Below are positions 1-9,803 of a stretch of DNA of 64,000 bases, piece by piece. Position 1 is the first letter of the stretch, and every line of letters begins with the position of its first letter. The notes beneath the pieces were generated by a model. It was given only the letters and a program-made list of their open reading frames with translations, did no database searches and had not been told where the DNA came from. Both the position numbers and the translations under genes were made by a program. Source of the stretch: Bacteriovoracia bacterium (GTDB lineage: Bacteria > Bdellovibrionota > UBA1018 > JBFWNL01); NCBI GenBank assembly GCA_050251055.1, contig JBFWNL010000007.1, forward strand, positions 1 to 64,000, given 5' to 3'.

Positions 1-2
1 AT

Positions 3-311
3 CTGGGGCATAGCATCTGCATTTTTCCGGAAGGCACCCGCAACAAGTCGCTCGAAGGTTTCCTGCCTTTCAAAAAAGGGGCGTTTTATTTGGCGATCGA
101 TGCCCAGTGTCCGATCATTCCCGTGGTGGCGACTTCTTACAAGAACGTGGGCACGATGGAGTCGGGCGCCATGCGTGGGGGCGATATTTACGTTCGCATG
201 CTGGAGCCCATCTATACTAATGGTTTGACTCATGACTCGGTGGACGAGTTATCCCAGCGCGTGCGCGCGCGGATGGAAGAGGCCTATCGGGAGCTCAATG
301 CCAAGCTCTAA
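3..311 (+). CDS. plsC: 1-acyl-sn-glycerol-3-phosphate acyltransferase, 5'-truncated by window edge
   Basis: Frame open from base 3 reads LGHSICIFPEGTRNKS...FLPFKKGAFYLAIDAQCPIIPV, containing the FPEGTR and FKKG acyltransferase motifs. Confidence 0.9.
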   Translation: MGHSICIFPEGTRNKSLEGFLPFKKGAFYLAIDAQCPIIPVVATSYKNVGTMESGAMRGGDIYVRMLEPIYTNGLTHDSVDELSQRVRARMEEAYRELNAKL

Positions 312-1257
312 GGGATGGGGCATTGGCGGGGTCGTGGTGGGCGTCGCGCTGTTACTCGAGGGGTGCGCAAGCCCGGAGAAGAAGACCTACCCCGTACCGG
401 ACCTGCTTGTCACTTCACCGATCCGGGTACGGCGTCCCCCCGGACCTTCGGCCAACCCCAAGGCGGGGCCCGGTGGCGCGGATTACCGCACGGATCCTCC
501 CCCGAACGAGAACTTCGACTGCCAACCCGTGGAATCGCTTTTTCAATGGCTGAACTTCGCCGCCATACGTCGCTGTTTCGACACTTTTCCGAAGCCACCA
601 CCACCACCTAAGGCAGTTAGCTCCACCAAAAACGAAAAAGGTGAAGCGATCGCTAGCCCACCCCCGCCGGAAGAAAAGTATGAACCGGCGGCCGTCGTGC
701 TTTACAAGTTCCGACGTAAGCATGTCCCTGAGCTCGAGTTGGAGTTCAACGAAGATGAAACCCCGGCGTGCATCCAGGAAGTCTTGCCCCGCTTGCCGGT
801 GCCGCGCGAGATTTTTTATCTGCGGGCCACGGCGGAAGACCCGTCACGCAAGGTCGAGCTTTACGGCAAGGACGGCGATCCCATTACTTGCTATAGCTCA
901 CGCGCGGGAGCAGGCGATGATTTGTTCCTGGGGGTGCGCCTGCCGAAGGGCAAATTCGCGCTCCGAGTGGAGCTGCCGCCACGGTCCCCTTACCGCACCG
1001 ACGAGGAGATGAATCGGCTGCTTGCCAGCTGGGCGCTGACTCCGTTCTTCTGGGCGGGCGAGAAGGGAAAGCTCCAGGCGAAGATTGTTCCCGAAGCGAT
1101 TTGTAAGGCGTGTTTCGCGAACAAGGACATACTCAAGGACCGCCACCCTTTTCCGCAGATCTGGCCCGCGCCCCCGCCGGCTCCCAAGCCAAGCCCATCG
1201 CCGTCTCCAGCGCCGAGCGCGACGCCGAGTCCTTCCCCCTCGGCAAAGCCGAGTTAG
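298..1257 (+). CDS. Hypothetical Pro-rich lipoprotein
   Basis: Hydrophobic stretch ending LLLEGC (lipobox-like); Pro-rich linkers and PSPSPS tail; start chosen at ATG 298. Confidence 0.65.
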   Translation: MPSSKGWGIGGVVVGVALLLEGCASPEKKTYPVPDLLVTSPIRVRRPPGPSANPKAGPGGADYRTDPPPNENFDCQPVESLFQWLNFAAIRRCFDTFPKPPPPPKAVSSTKNEKGEAIASPPPPEEKYEPAAVVLYKFRRKHVPELELEFNEDETPACIQEVLPRLPVPREIFYLRATAEDPSRKVELYGKDGDPITCYSSRAGAGDDLFLGVRLPKGKFALRVELPPRSPYRTDEEMNRLLASWALTPFFWAGEKGKLQAKIVPEAICKACFANKDILKDRHPFPQIWPAPPPAPKPSPSPSPAPSATPSPSPSAKPS

Positions 1258-1688
1258 GCAAGTTCGGAAGCTTCGGTGGCCGCCGAGACGTTGTCGCTAG
1301 GTAATCGGGGCAAGTGCGTGGAAAAATATTCCCTCACCACCGGATCTTTGCTTTCGGCGAGCACCAGCTTAATGAAGTAATCAGTTTTGACCGCGTCGAA
1401 GCCCACCCAGCGGGAGAACTCGAGGGCGCGCTTCATCGATAGCTCTCGTTTGCCATAGACGACATCGCTGAAGAACGAAGTGGGCCACTGCAAACGGCTG
1501 GCGATGTACCGGAAGCTGAAGCTCGAGCGCTCGGCTTTGTTCTCACGGTAAAACGCGGACAGAAAGGGCCGGTAGCTCGGGAATTCGGTGATCGCAGGTA
1601 TTTTAAATCGCTTATCCACCCTTCCAGCGTACGGCAAATATCGATGGGCGTCCGAAAACTCCACGATTCCCTTCGGGATTGCGTGCAC
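1254..1688 (-). CDS. TIGR02147-like HTH protein (N-terminal domain only)
   Basis: YRPFLSAFY...FSFRYIASRLQWPTSFFSDVVYGKRELS...DYFIKLV resembles the N-terminal domain of the Fibrobacter/Bdellovibrio TIGR02147 family; start uncertain. Confidence 0.65.
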   Translation of the reverse strand: MHAIPKGIVEFSDAHRYLPYAGRVDKRFKIPAITEFPSYRPFLSAFYRENKAERSSFSFRYIASRLQWPTSFFSDVVYGKRELSMKRALEFSRWVGFDAVKTDYFIKLVLAESKDPVVREYFSTHLPRLPSDNVSAATEASELA

Positions 1689-1717
1689 ACTCGTTCACGA
1701 AAAAGCATGTTACACTA

Positions 1718-2236
1718 ATGCATATGCGCGCTTTTGTGGCATTTCTGATGGTCGGCATCGGCGGGGGAGCGGTTACCGTCTCCGCTAAGGAGGCGGGTGA
1801 ACTGATGTTCTGCCGCTTCGGCCCCAAATCCACCACGTTCGCGGAGAGCTCCGTGGCCGACAACGGCTGCACGGGCCCGGCGAAGATCCAATCGGTCATG
1901 TGGAAGTGCGTGCCCCAGGTTCAAATTGCGAAACTCAACGAGGAGTTTCGCCTCACTTTGAATCGCGTGGGCGCCCAGGAGTGCCAGAGGCTTTGCCGTA
2001 AGCGCGGTCCTCATTGCCGGGGCGTCTTTGCGCCCCAAGCGAAATGCGGCTTGTCGATCGATCCCGAGGACGCCCTGGAAACTGGCATCAAGATGGGCTG
2101 CAGCAAGGAGTGCGGAGCTCAGGCCATCGCCTATTGCGCGTTGATTAACGCCGGTTTTACCTCGAAAGATCGTCCGCTGATCGACAAGGCCCCTTCGAAC
2201 TGCAATTGCCTTTACGACCGCCCGAGCGTGCGATAG
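1718..2236 (+). CDS. Secreted Cys-rich hypothetical protein
   Basis: Signal peptide (MRAFVAFLMVG...VSA) and 12 cysteines; start 1718 or 1724. Confidence 0.7.
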   Translation: MHMRAFVAFLMVGIGGGAVTVSAKEAGELMFCRFGPKSTTFAESSVADNGCTGPAKIQSVMWKCVPQVQIAKLNEEFRLTLNRVGAQECQRLCRKRGPHCRGVFAPQAKCGLSIDPEDALETGIKMGCSKECGAQAIAYCALINAGFTSKDRPLIDKAPSNCNCLYDRPSVR

Positions 2237-2248
2237 AACCTCGGCATT

Positions 2249-2533
2249 ATGTCGACCTGGGTCATTGTTAGTTGGGTTTTCGTGGCGATCCTCACGGGGA
2301 TCAATATCTTCGCCTTTTTGAAGCTGAAGCAGGCCAGTGAGCAGATGCTCAAGATGGCCTTTCCGGGCGCCAAAAACATGACGGAAGCGCTCTCCCAAAT
2401 GCAAAAGATGATGGGAGCCATGGGCGGCATGCGTATGCCCGGCGGTATGGGCGGACGTCCCGGAGGGGGCGGAGATGATCGGCTGAAAGCTGCGATGGAC
2501 ATGCTTCAGCAAATGCAAAAGGGTCGGAAGTAG
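2249..2533 (+). CDS. Small membrane-anchored Met/Gly-rich protein
   Basis: N-terminal TM helix then QMQKMMGAMGGMRMPGGMGG; fills gap in a co-directional gene run. Confidence 0.7.
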   Translation: MSTWVIVSWVFVAILTGINIFAFLKLKQASEQMLKMAFPGAKNMTEALSQMQKMMGAMGGMRMPGGMGGRPGGGGDDRLKAAMDMLQQMQKGRK

Positions 2534-2549
2534 TTTATAATCTGAGGAT

Positions 2550-3140
2550 ATGACACCTATTTCCAAGACTACGACCGATTCGTTCGACGACCGCATCTTG
2601 CGGACCGCTAAAGATCTCGATACAGAAAAGTCACTGGCCGCATTGGGGAATCGCCAGACCTATCGTCCCAACCACGTGCCTTCGGTGCGCACCATTCTCG
2701 TGGTTCTCTCCACTTCCTTGGTTTACGACGTCGACTCACTTCGCCAGAAAATTTTGATGGCCTATCCCGACGCGGCGATCTTTTTTCTTTCGACCTCGGG
2801 CGTACCGCTGGGCGTGGCGGCGCCCCATGCGTTGGATCTTTTGATTGATCTCACGGGTCCGCGTCAACGCCAGCCGATCTTCCTTTCGCGTAAGCTACGC
2901 CGTCGCGTGCGCATGGCGGTCGGCCGCAACGCAGGTTTCTTCCGCAAGGGTAGCTACGATCGCGTCTTCGATGAGAAGGCCAAAGGTTCCACGCTACCGA
3001 AAACGAAGTACGAACTCGAGCGCTTAGTGCAAAAGGAAGTGCTCGCCTTGGCCGGGGTGCCGTTCATTCCGGCGGGCGACGCTACTGCGGACAAGAGCAA
3101 AAGCATCGCGCTGGAGCTCCCGCCGCTTGCCCATTCTTAA
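2550..3140 (+). CDS. Hypothetical protein, weakly resembling the N-terminal half of GT9 glycosyltransferases
   Basis: TILVV...AYPDAAIFF...DLLIDL...AVG pattern; overlaps start of ccsB. Confidence 0.5.
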   Translation: MTPISKTTTDSFDDRILRTAKDLDTEKSLAALGNRQTYRPNHVPSVRTILVVLSTSLVYDVDSLRQKILMAYPDAAIFFLSTSGVPLGVAAPHALDLLIDLTGPRQRQPIFLSRKLRRRVRMAVGRNAGFFRKGSYDRVFDEKAKGSTLPKTKYELERLVQKEVLALAGVPFIPAGDATADKSKSIALELPPLAHS

Positions 3141-4563
3141 TCGGATTTTCCGATTTCTTTCGTCACTGAAGCTCGCCGTGCTGGTGATCCTCGGACTTGC
3201 GGGGGCCATGGCCGTGGCGACATCGTTCGAATCCGTCTACGATACGCCCACCGGCCAATATTACGTTTACCGCACGCTTTGGTTCTACGGCCTCCTGGCG
3301 CTGCTCGGCGTGAACATCTTCTGCGTGGCCGTCAGCCGCTGGCCCTGGAAGCGCCGTCATATCCCATTCTTGCTCGCGCACCTGGGGATATTGATGATGC
3401 TCACGGGCTCGTGGCTTACATTCCGTTTCGGCGTCGATGGCCAGTTGATCGTCTCCGAAGGAGAGGTGATGAGCGCGGTGAACCTCGAGGGAAACGTGCT
3501 TGAGCTGAATGACGGCAGCGGCCGTTGGGTTTTGCCCCTGCCATTCCGCCCACCGACGGCAGGTTTTGACCCGATTCCGCTGAAAAGCTTGGGGGTTCAG
3601 GTAGACCAATACATTCCGCACGCGGAAGAGGTTCTGCGCTTCGAAGCGCCTCCCGCCGGCACGAAGGCGAATCCCGATCCCGCGCAGTGGAAGCCGTACC
3701 TGCATGCCAAGCTGGAAATTGCCCGCGTAGGCGCCTCCCAGGCGTTGAAGCTGTGGCTCGGCGATACCCAGATGGCCAGTCAGCAGATGGGGCCCGCGCT
3801 GTTCTCGGTCGTTCCTCATGGCTTCGCGTTCGCTCCCCTAAAAGGGCAGACTTCCGGACAGATGGGCCCGTCCCTGCGCTTTCGCGTGGAACGGGATGGC
3901 GGCTTGGCATATCAAATTCATTCCCGCGATGGCGCCACGCGCGTGGGTAAGCTCGCCGCCTCCCAGGTCGTGGGCGCCGTGATCGAGCCCGGGTGGATGG
4001 GGATGAAGATCACGATCAAGGAGTGGGTGCCGGACGCGGTGAATACGTCCTTCTTTAAGCCAGCTCGCGTGCAGTACGGCACGGACGCTCCCGGCCCGGC
4101 GATCTACCTGCGGCCGCTATCGGGTGAAACGGGGACTTGGCTCGGTCACTGGGAGCGGAAGTTCGTGAAGCTCGGAGATAAGCGCTATCGGGCATCGTTC
4201 GCACCCGAGCAGCTTTTCTTGCCGTTTTTCATATTCCTGCAGCGATTCAATATCGAGCATTACGAAGGCACGCAGAATCCCGCTTCGTATTCCTCGCAGG
4301 TCAAGGTGACGGGGTCGGAGTCGGGCAACTCGTCCCCCCAGTCCGATGTCATCACGATCAGCATGAACGAGCCGCTGCATCATAATGGCTATACGTTTTA
4401 TCAATCGAGCTATATTCCGGGCGAGCCGCGCCCGGTGACGTCGGTTTTTTCGGTCAACAAAGACCCGGGGCGGGAACTCAAGTATTTGGGCGCCATCTTG
4501 ATCGTGCTAGGCAGCATCCTGCTCTTCGTTGTAAAGTACTTCAAAATCGCATTTTTTCGGTGA
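3127..4563 (+). CDS. ccsB: Cytochrome c biogenesis protein ResB/CcsB (system II)
   Basis: FLSSLKLAV N-terminal TMs, conserved LAHLG His, ISMNEPL..GYTFYQSSY and DPG before C-terminal TM. Confidence 0.9.
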   Translation: MPILNRIFRFLSSLKLAVLVILGLAGAMAVATSFESVYDTPTGQYYVYRTLWFYGLLALLGVNIFCVAVSRWPWKRRHIPFLLAHLGILMMLTGSWLTFRFGVDGQLIVSEGEVMSAVNLEGNVLELNDGSGRWVLPLPFRPPTAGFDPIPLKSLGVQVDQYIPHAEEVLRFEAPPAGTKANPDPAQWKPYLHAKLEIARVGASQALKLWLGDTQMASQQMGPALFSVVPHGFAFAPLKGQTSGQMGPSLRFRVERDGGLAYQIHSRDGATRVGKLAASQVVGAVIEPGWMGMKITIKEWVPDAVNTSFFKPARVQYGTDAPGPAIYLRPLSGETGTWLGHWERKFVKLGDKRYRASFAPEQLFLPFFIFLQRFNIEHYEGTQNPASYSSQVKVTGSESGNSSPQSDVITISMNEPLHHNGYTFYQSSYIPGEPRPVTSVFSVNKDPGRELKYLGAILIVLGSILLFVVKYFKIAFFR

Positions 4564-4567
4564 ACTT

Positions 4568-6370
4568 ATGAAAATATGGCAAGCGAGAATTTTTCAAGCC
4601 GCCGTGATCGCGGTTACCGTGACGGCGGGAGTGATCGGAGCAAGCCGCGCCCATGCGGAGGAGTCCACCGGAGGCGCTGCGAAGGTCGTGCCCTTGGCGA
4701 CGGGCACCGCGCCGGTTTCGCACGGTGCGCGTCCCGGAGAGCCGCGCACGGGTTGGAATCTCGAAGATTTTGCACTCACGCCCATTCAAAGCCAGGGCAG
4801 AATTAAGCCGTTTCACTCGTTCGCGAGCGACGCCATGCTTTCGATCACCTCTTCGCGTGCTTATCAGGGATGGCGTCCCATTGATTTCATCCTCAATATT
4901 CTGGCCTTCCCGGATGTCTGGAAGAATAAGCCGATGTTCCGAATCAATAGCCAGGAAGTGCTGCGGCAGTTCCTGATGGATGAGAACACGCATCGTTTTT
5001 CCCACGACGATCTCGTGAAGAACACGGTCTTTCTCCAATACGCGGAAGAACAGGGTCGCCGTTCGACGCCGAAGGAAGGGACGCGCCAGAATCCACGCGA
5101 ACGTGAGTTGGGTCGTGTGGTTGAATCACTGATGCTCTTCCGGGCGCTGATCGATGGGCGGGCTTGGTCGTTGCTCCCGCGCCCGAGTCCCGAGGCCTGG
5201 TGGTCGATGGAAACCGCGCGCGAGGCCCAGGACCCGGATCCGGGCCGGGCGGAAATTCGCAAGCAGTTCCGCACGCTGGTACAGGCTTACTTCAACGACG
5301 ATCGCGCGACGTTCGAGTCTGCCACCGCCGAAATGCGCAAGCAGATCGAGAGGCTCACGCCGGGTTTCGACGGCTCGGTGAAGCGGCATCTCGCCGCGGA
5401 GGCGCACTACCATCAGCTCCAGCCTTTCAAGATATCCTGGATTCTCTACCTGATCGCGGCTTTGCTTTGGATCGGTCAGGCGCTGAGCAAGAGCCGTCAC
5501 GAAAAACTCATCAATAAGATCGCCGGTGGTCTCGTCGCGGTGGGCTTTCTGGTGCATACCTACGGCTTTGGCCTGCGCTGTTACATCGCCGGTCGTCCGC
5601 CAGTGACGAATATGTACGAGTCGGTCATCTGGGTCAGCTGGGGCGTGATGCTTTTCTCGTTCATCATTCACTATTTTCAGCGCCAGGTGATCATCGTGGC
5701 GGCGGCGACGACCCTCGGTGCGTTCTCGCTGATTGCCGCGGATGCCTCGCCCGTGATCCTCGATCCCGGCATCACCCCCCTGGTGCCCGTGTTGCGCAGC
5801 AACTTCTGGCTATTGATCCACGTGCTCACCATTACGTTGGGCTATGCGGCCTTCGCCCTGACGCTGGGGATGGGCAACGTGACGTTGTTTCATTATCTGC
5901 GGGGAGAGACCTTGGGCGCGAAAACGCCGGGAGGCAAAGCGGTGCTCGCGAAGATTCCCAATCTGAATCAGCTCACTTACCGCGCGATGCAGTTTGGCGT
6001 GGTCTTGCTCGCGGCCGGCACTATTTTAGGCGGCTGGTGGGCGGATTACTCCTGGGGTCGGTTTTGGGGCTGGGATCCGAAGGAAGTCTGGGCGCTCATC
6101 GCGCTGCTTTGCTATCTCGCGATCCTGCACGCGCGCTTCACGGGCTGGATGACACAGTTTGGCTACGCGGCCTGGACCGTGCTTGCGTTCCTGAGCGTGC
6201 TCATGGCTTGGTACGGCGTGAATTTCGTCCTAGGCGTGGGGCTGCACTCATACGGATTCTCGTCCGGGGGGTTCACGGGCGTGGTGAGCTTCGTGGTGGC
6301 GCAGCTGGTTTACGTCGGGGCGGTGGCGGCGGTACATCATAAAAAACTTCCGGGATTGGTGACGAAGTAG
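4568..6370 (+). CDS. ccsA: Cytochrome c biogenesis protein CcsA with N-terminal periplasmic domain
   Basis: WWD motif WADYSWGRFWGWDPKE, PVTNMYES, WLLIHV and GLHSYG. Confidence 0.95.
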   Translation: MKIWQARIFQAAVIAVTVTAGVIGASRAHAEESTGGAAKVVPLATGTAPVSHGARPGEPRTGWNLEDFALTPIQSQGRIKPFHSFASDAMLSITSSRAYQGWRPIDFILNILAFPDVWKNKPMFRINSQEVLRQFLMDENTHRFSHDDLVKNTVFLQYAEEQGRRSTPKEGTRQNPRERELGRVVESLMLFRALIDGRAWSLLPRPSPEAWWSMETAREAQDPDPGRAEIRKQFRTLVQAYFNDDRATFESATAEMRKQIERLTPGFDGSVKRHLAAEAHYHQLQPFKISWILYLIAALLWIGQALSKSRHEKLINKIAGGLVAVGFLVHTYGFGLRCYIAGRPPVTNMYESVIWVSWGVMLFSFIIHYFQRQVIIVAAATTLGAFSLIAADASPVILDPGITPLVPVLRSNFWLLIHVLTITLGYAAFALTLGMGNVTLFHYLRGETLGAKTPGGKAVLAKIPNLNQLTYRAMQFGVVLLAAGTILGGWWADYSWGRFWGWDPKEVWALIALLCYLAILHARFTGWMTQFGYAAWTVLAFLSVLMAWYGVNFVLGVGLHSYGFSSGGFTGVVSFVVAQLVYVGAVAAVHHKKLPGLVTK

Positions 6371-6397
6371 TCGGTTCGCCAGAAAGAGACGGAGAAT

Positions 6398-6697
6398 ATG
6401 GTTAAAGAGTTTGTCGGGTTTTTAAAGCAGTACGGGGTGGTGGGGCTTGCGATCGCGGTGATCCTCGGCGGTAAGCTCAACGATCTCGTGTCGAGCGTGG
6501 TCAACGATTTGCTGATGCCGCTGCTTTTCCAACCGGCTTTGCGCGCGGCCAATGTCGACGACATCCGCAAGCTCAGCTACGACGGCATCTTGTACGGCAA
6601 GGTCGTAGGGGCCGCGGTCGACTTCTTGTTCGTGGCTTTGGTGGTGTTCTTGTTCGCAAAACTGGTTTTAAAGGAGACGACGGTTGCTAAACGCTAA
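6398..6697 (+). CDS. mscL: Large-conductance mechanosensitive channel
   Basis: KEFVGFL..GVVGLAIAVILG...VSSVVNDLLMP...ILYGKV; GGAG RBS. Confidence 0.85.
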   Translation: MVKEFVGFLKQYGVVGLAIAVILGGKLNDLVSSVVNDLLMPLLFQPALRAANVDDIRKLSYDGILYGKVVGAAVDFLFVALVVFLFAKLVLKETTVAKR

Positions 6698-7442
6698 GAC
6701 GGTTCTAATGGGATTGGCTTTGATTTCGATTCTGGCGTTCGGGCCGATGGTTTTTGCCGCCGACGAACCCGCCCCGCCTGCGTCCCCCACGGAAGGTCTA
6801 AAGAGCGAGACGGAGCTGGGGCTCGTGCTGACCTCGGGCAATTCCAAGACCTCGACGACCAACATCAAGCAAGGAACGTCGTACGAATGGTCGGGCAATA
6901 CCCTGCGGCTACAGGCGCGTTTTCTGCGGACTTCGACCCGCGGGACCGAGAGCGCGAAGAACTACGGCTTGGGGCTGCGGTACGAGCGCGCGCTCACCGA
7001 CGCGCTTTCCATTTACGTAGGCCAGGCCTTGGAGAGCGACACCTATGCGGGTTATCTGCAAAAGCATAACTCCGACGTGGGCGGTAAATATTTTTTCATG
7101 AAGTCGGAAGAGACAGTTGCTTCGGCTGAGCTCGGTTATCGCTATACAATCGAAAACACGGTGCTCGGCACGCAGAATAAGAGCCACTACCTGCGCGCGT
7201 ACCTCGAAGCCCTTCGCAACTGGAACCGCTGGGTGTCCATGAAGGCTTCGCTCGAAATCTTGCCCAATCTGACGTATGCCGCCGACTATCAGGTCAACGG
7301 GGAGATCTCGCTGGCGGCGATCATCTCTTCCTTGTTCTCGCTGAAAACCAGCTACGCCATCCGCTACGATCACGTGCCGGCGGCGGGGGCTCCGGAAACC
7401 ACGGACACTACCCTGACCACGGCGTTGGTGGTGAGAATCTGA
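6684..7442 (+). CDS. DUF481/YdiY-family outer-membrane beta-barrel
   Basis: Signal peptide, ELGLVLTSGNSKT motif, amphipathic strands, DTTLTTALVV C-terminus. Confidence 0.8.
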   Translation: MLNAKTVLMGLALISILAFGPMVFAADEPAPPASPTEGLKSETELGLVLTSGNSKTSTTNIKQGTSYEWSGNTLRLQARFLRTSTRGTESAKNYGLGLRYERALTDALSIYVGQALESDTYAGYLQKHNSDVGGKYFFMKSEETVASAELGYRYTIENTVLGTQNKSHYLRAYLEALRNWNRWVSMKASLEILPNLTYAADYQVNGEISLAAIISSLFSLKTSYAIRYDHVPAAGAPETTDTTLTTALVVRI

Positions 7443-7570
7443 TCTCCTGCGATGCCTACCCCGGGTCCTCTATCCGCGGTCTCAAGTGGTCGGCGGAGCG
7501 GTGCATAAATTTCGTATAAATTCCAGAGGGTAGATACCTTTTTTGGGTTTTTCTGCTAGTTTGATGGGCG

Positions 7571-8362
7571 ATGAAATCCTACCTCGCGCTCATGCAGAAA
7601 ATTCTAGACGAAGGCACCCCCCGCGAAGACCGTACGGGCACGGGAACATTGAGCCTGTTCGGCCACCAGCTGCGCTTCAATCTCGACGAGGGGTTTCCCC
7701 TCGTGACGACGAAGAAGGTGCACCTGAAGTCGATCATTTATGAGCTGCTTTGGTTCATCAAGGGCGACACGAACATCAAGTACCTCAACGACCACGGCGT
7801 GACGATCTGGGACGAGTGGGCGAAGGCCGACGGGGATCTAGGCCCCGTCTATGGCGCGCAGTGGCGTTCTTGGCGCTCGGCCGACGGGCACGTCGACCAG
7901 CTCCAGCGCGTGATCGACCAGATCAAGACCGATCCTGCATCGAGGCGCTTGATCGTGAGCGCTTGGAATGCGGCCGAAATCCCGCGCATGGCGCTCGCGC
8001 CTTGCCACGTGCTTTTCCAGTTTTATGTTTCCAACGGGCGCCTTTCCTGCCAGCTGTATCAGCGCAGCGCGGATTTCTTCCTGGGCGTGCCGTTCAATAT
8101 CGCAAGTTACTCGCTGCTCACGATGATGATCGCCCAGGTATGCGACCTGCGGCCGGGCGAGTTCGTGCATACGTTCGGCGACGTCCACTTGTACAAGAAC
8201 CACCTCGAACAAGCGCGCGAGCAGCTCAAGCGCGAGCCGCGCGCGCTTCCGCGGATGGAAATCAATCCGGCCGTGCGCTCCATCTATGATTTTAAGTTCG
8301 AGGACTTCAAGCTCACGCAATACGATCCGCACCCGGCGATCAAGGCGCCGGTCGCGGTTTAG
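7571..8362 (+). CDS. thyA: Thymidylate synthase
   Basis: DRTGTGT, MALAPCH catalytic Cys, [18 protein letters not shown]. Confidence 0.99.
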   Translation: MKSYLALMQKILDEGTPREDRTGTGTLSLFGHQLRFNLDEGFPLVTTKKVHLKSIIYELLWFIKGDTNIKYLNDHGVTIWDEWAKADGDLGPVYGAQWRSWRSADGHVDQLQRVIDQIKTDPASRRLIVSAWNAAEIPRMALAPCHVLFQFYVSNGRLSCQLYQRSADFFLGVPFNIASYSLLTMMIAQVCDLRPGEFVHTFGDVHLYKNHLEQAREQLKREPRALPRMEINPAVRSIYDFKFEDFKLTQYDPHPAIKAPVAV

Positions 8363-8371
8363 CCCAGAGAA

Positions 8372-8872
8372 ATGCCGATGAAGGTTTCCCTCATTGCCGC
8401 GATGTCACGCAACCGAGTAATTGGCGCGGAAAACAAGCTGCCCTGGCATATCCCAGAAGACCTGAAGTGGTTTCGCGACAAGACCGCAGGCCATCCGGTG
8501 GTGATGGGACGCAAGACGTTCGAATCAATTGGCAGTAAACCCCTGCCTAAGCGCGAGAATCTCGTGGTGACGCGTCAGGCGGATTTCCCCGCCACGCCCG
8601 GCGTGCGTATTTTCAATTCACTTGAAGCGGCGCTCGACTGGTTGAAGGCGAACGATGTGCCCGGCAAGGACGAGGTCTTTATCGTGGGTGGGGGGCAGAT
8701 CTACGAGCAGTCGCTGCCGTATGCGGATCGGATTTACCTTACGGTCATCCACCAGGATTTCGAGGGGGATTCCCATTTCCCGGAATTCAATGAAACCCAG
8801 TTTGCGGTCACGGCACGGATCGATCGCGAGCAGCCGATTCCTTTCAGTTTTCTTACCTACGACCGGGTGTAA
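8372..8872 (+). CDS. folA: Dihydrofolate reductase
   Basis: NRVIG..NKLPWHIPEDL..F, VVMGRKTFESI, VGGGQIY; follows thyA. Confidence 0.98.
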   Translation: MPMKVSLIAAMSRNRVIGAENKLPWHIPEDLKWFRDKTAGHPVVMGRKTFESIGSKPLPKRENLVVTRQADFPATPGVRIFNSLEAALDWLKANDVPGKDEVFIVGGGQIYEQSLPYADRIYLTVIHQDFEGDSHFPEFNETQFAVTARIDREQPIPFSFLTYDRV

Positions 8873-8967
8873 ACCCGCATAAGGCTGCTCTAGCCAAGTC
8901 TCGACGCAATGGTGGGCCGCGATCGGTTTTTCTAGACAGGGAGAGCATATGTGACTATAGCCGACGC

Positions 8968-9774
8968 ATGAAGTGCAGGGTTGTATTCGGGATCAGTTTT
9001 TGGATCGGGCTCGTCGGTTGCGGAGCGAAGATCGAGGTAAAGCCGGATCCCTATACTCTCCAAAATCAATCCTGGTCGGGCGAAATTCAACTCTCCACCG
9101 GTGACACGCATCAGATCAACGCCCTGAACTTTTACGCTACCGAAGCGGGTTGGAAGCAGGCCTGCGCTCCCGAGTGTGGTCAATCCTTAGAGGGTTTCGC
9201 GGAAGCTTCCTTTACGATCGAAAATAAAGGGGAGTCGCTGCGTTTCGCTCCCGTGGCGGGCGAGCTTCAGATTTCCCATGTGAACAATCCTTTGGCGGTG
9301 GAACAAAGCGGCGTAGGTAGCGATCCCAAACGTGAGTTCTTCCAGCTGATTTGGTGGGACATGCCTCCGGGGCCGGCGGGGGACCCCCGCGTGCCCGAGC
9401 GGCAGCGGCAAGACGCTTACCGGCAGGCTTACGATGCCTTGGCCGCTTCCGTCGGGGCCATCGCGGAATGTGAATCGAAAGATCCAAAGTTTCGCGCCGG
9501 CGCGACCTACCGCTGGGTGGGAGAGAAATTGGGCGATTACCTAGTAGGGAAGATGGTGGTGGATCGCGTTCCCAAGGAAGATTGCGCCAGCGGGAGTTAC
9601 ACGACAAAAATCCTGGGAGACTTCAAGTTGAAGCTGGACGCGCGCCCAGGAATGCGGGGGAAGGCCGTGGACGACAATACCGTGGAATCCGACTTCTTCC
9701 GTTTCGAGACCCGCTTCAACTCTGACCAATTGCAGAGAAGCGTGGGATTTCATCGGCCCGCGCCGCCGAAGTAA
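8968..9774 (+). CDS. Hypothetical lipoprotein
   Basis: Lipobox LVGC after hydrophobic N-terminus. Confidence 0.7.
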   Translation: MKCRVVFGISFWIGLVGCGAKIEVKPDPYTLQNQSWSGEIQLSTGDTHQINALNFYATEAGWKQACAPECGQSLEGFAEASFTIENKGESLRFAPVAGELQISHVNNPLAVEQSGVGSDPKREFFQLIWWDMPPGPAGDPRVPERQRQDAYRQAYDALAASVGAIAECESKDPKFRAGATYRWVGEKLGDYLVGKMVVDRVPKEDCASGSYTTKILGDFKLKLDARPGMRGKAVDDNTVESDFFRFETRFNSDQLQRSVGFHRPAPPK

Positions 9775-9803
9775 GCCGGCCCGCGCCGGGTCCTATTCGT
9801 TTC

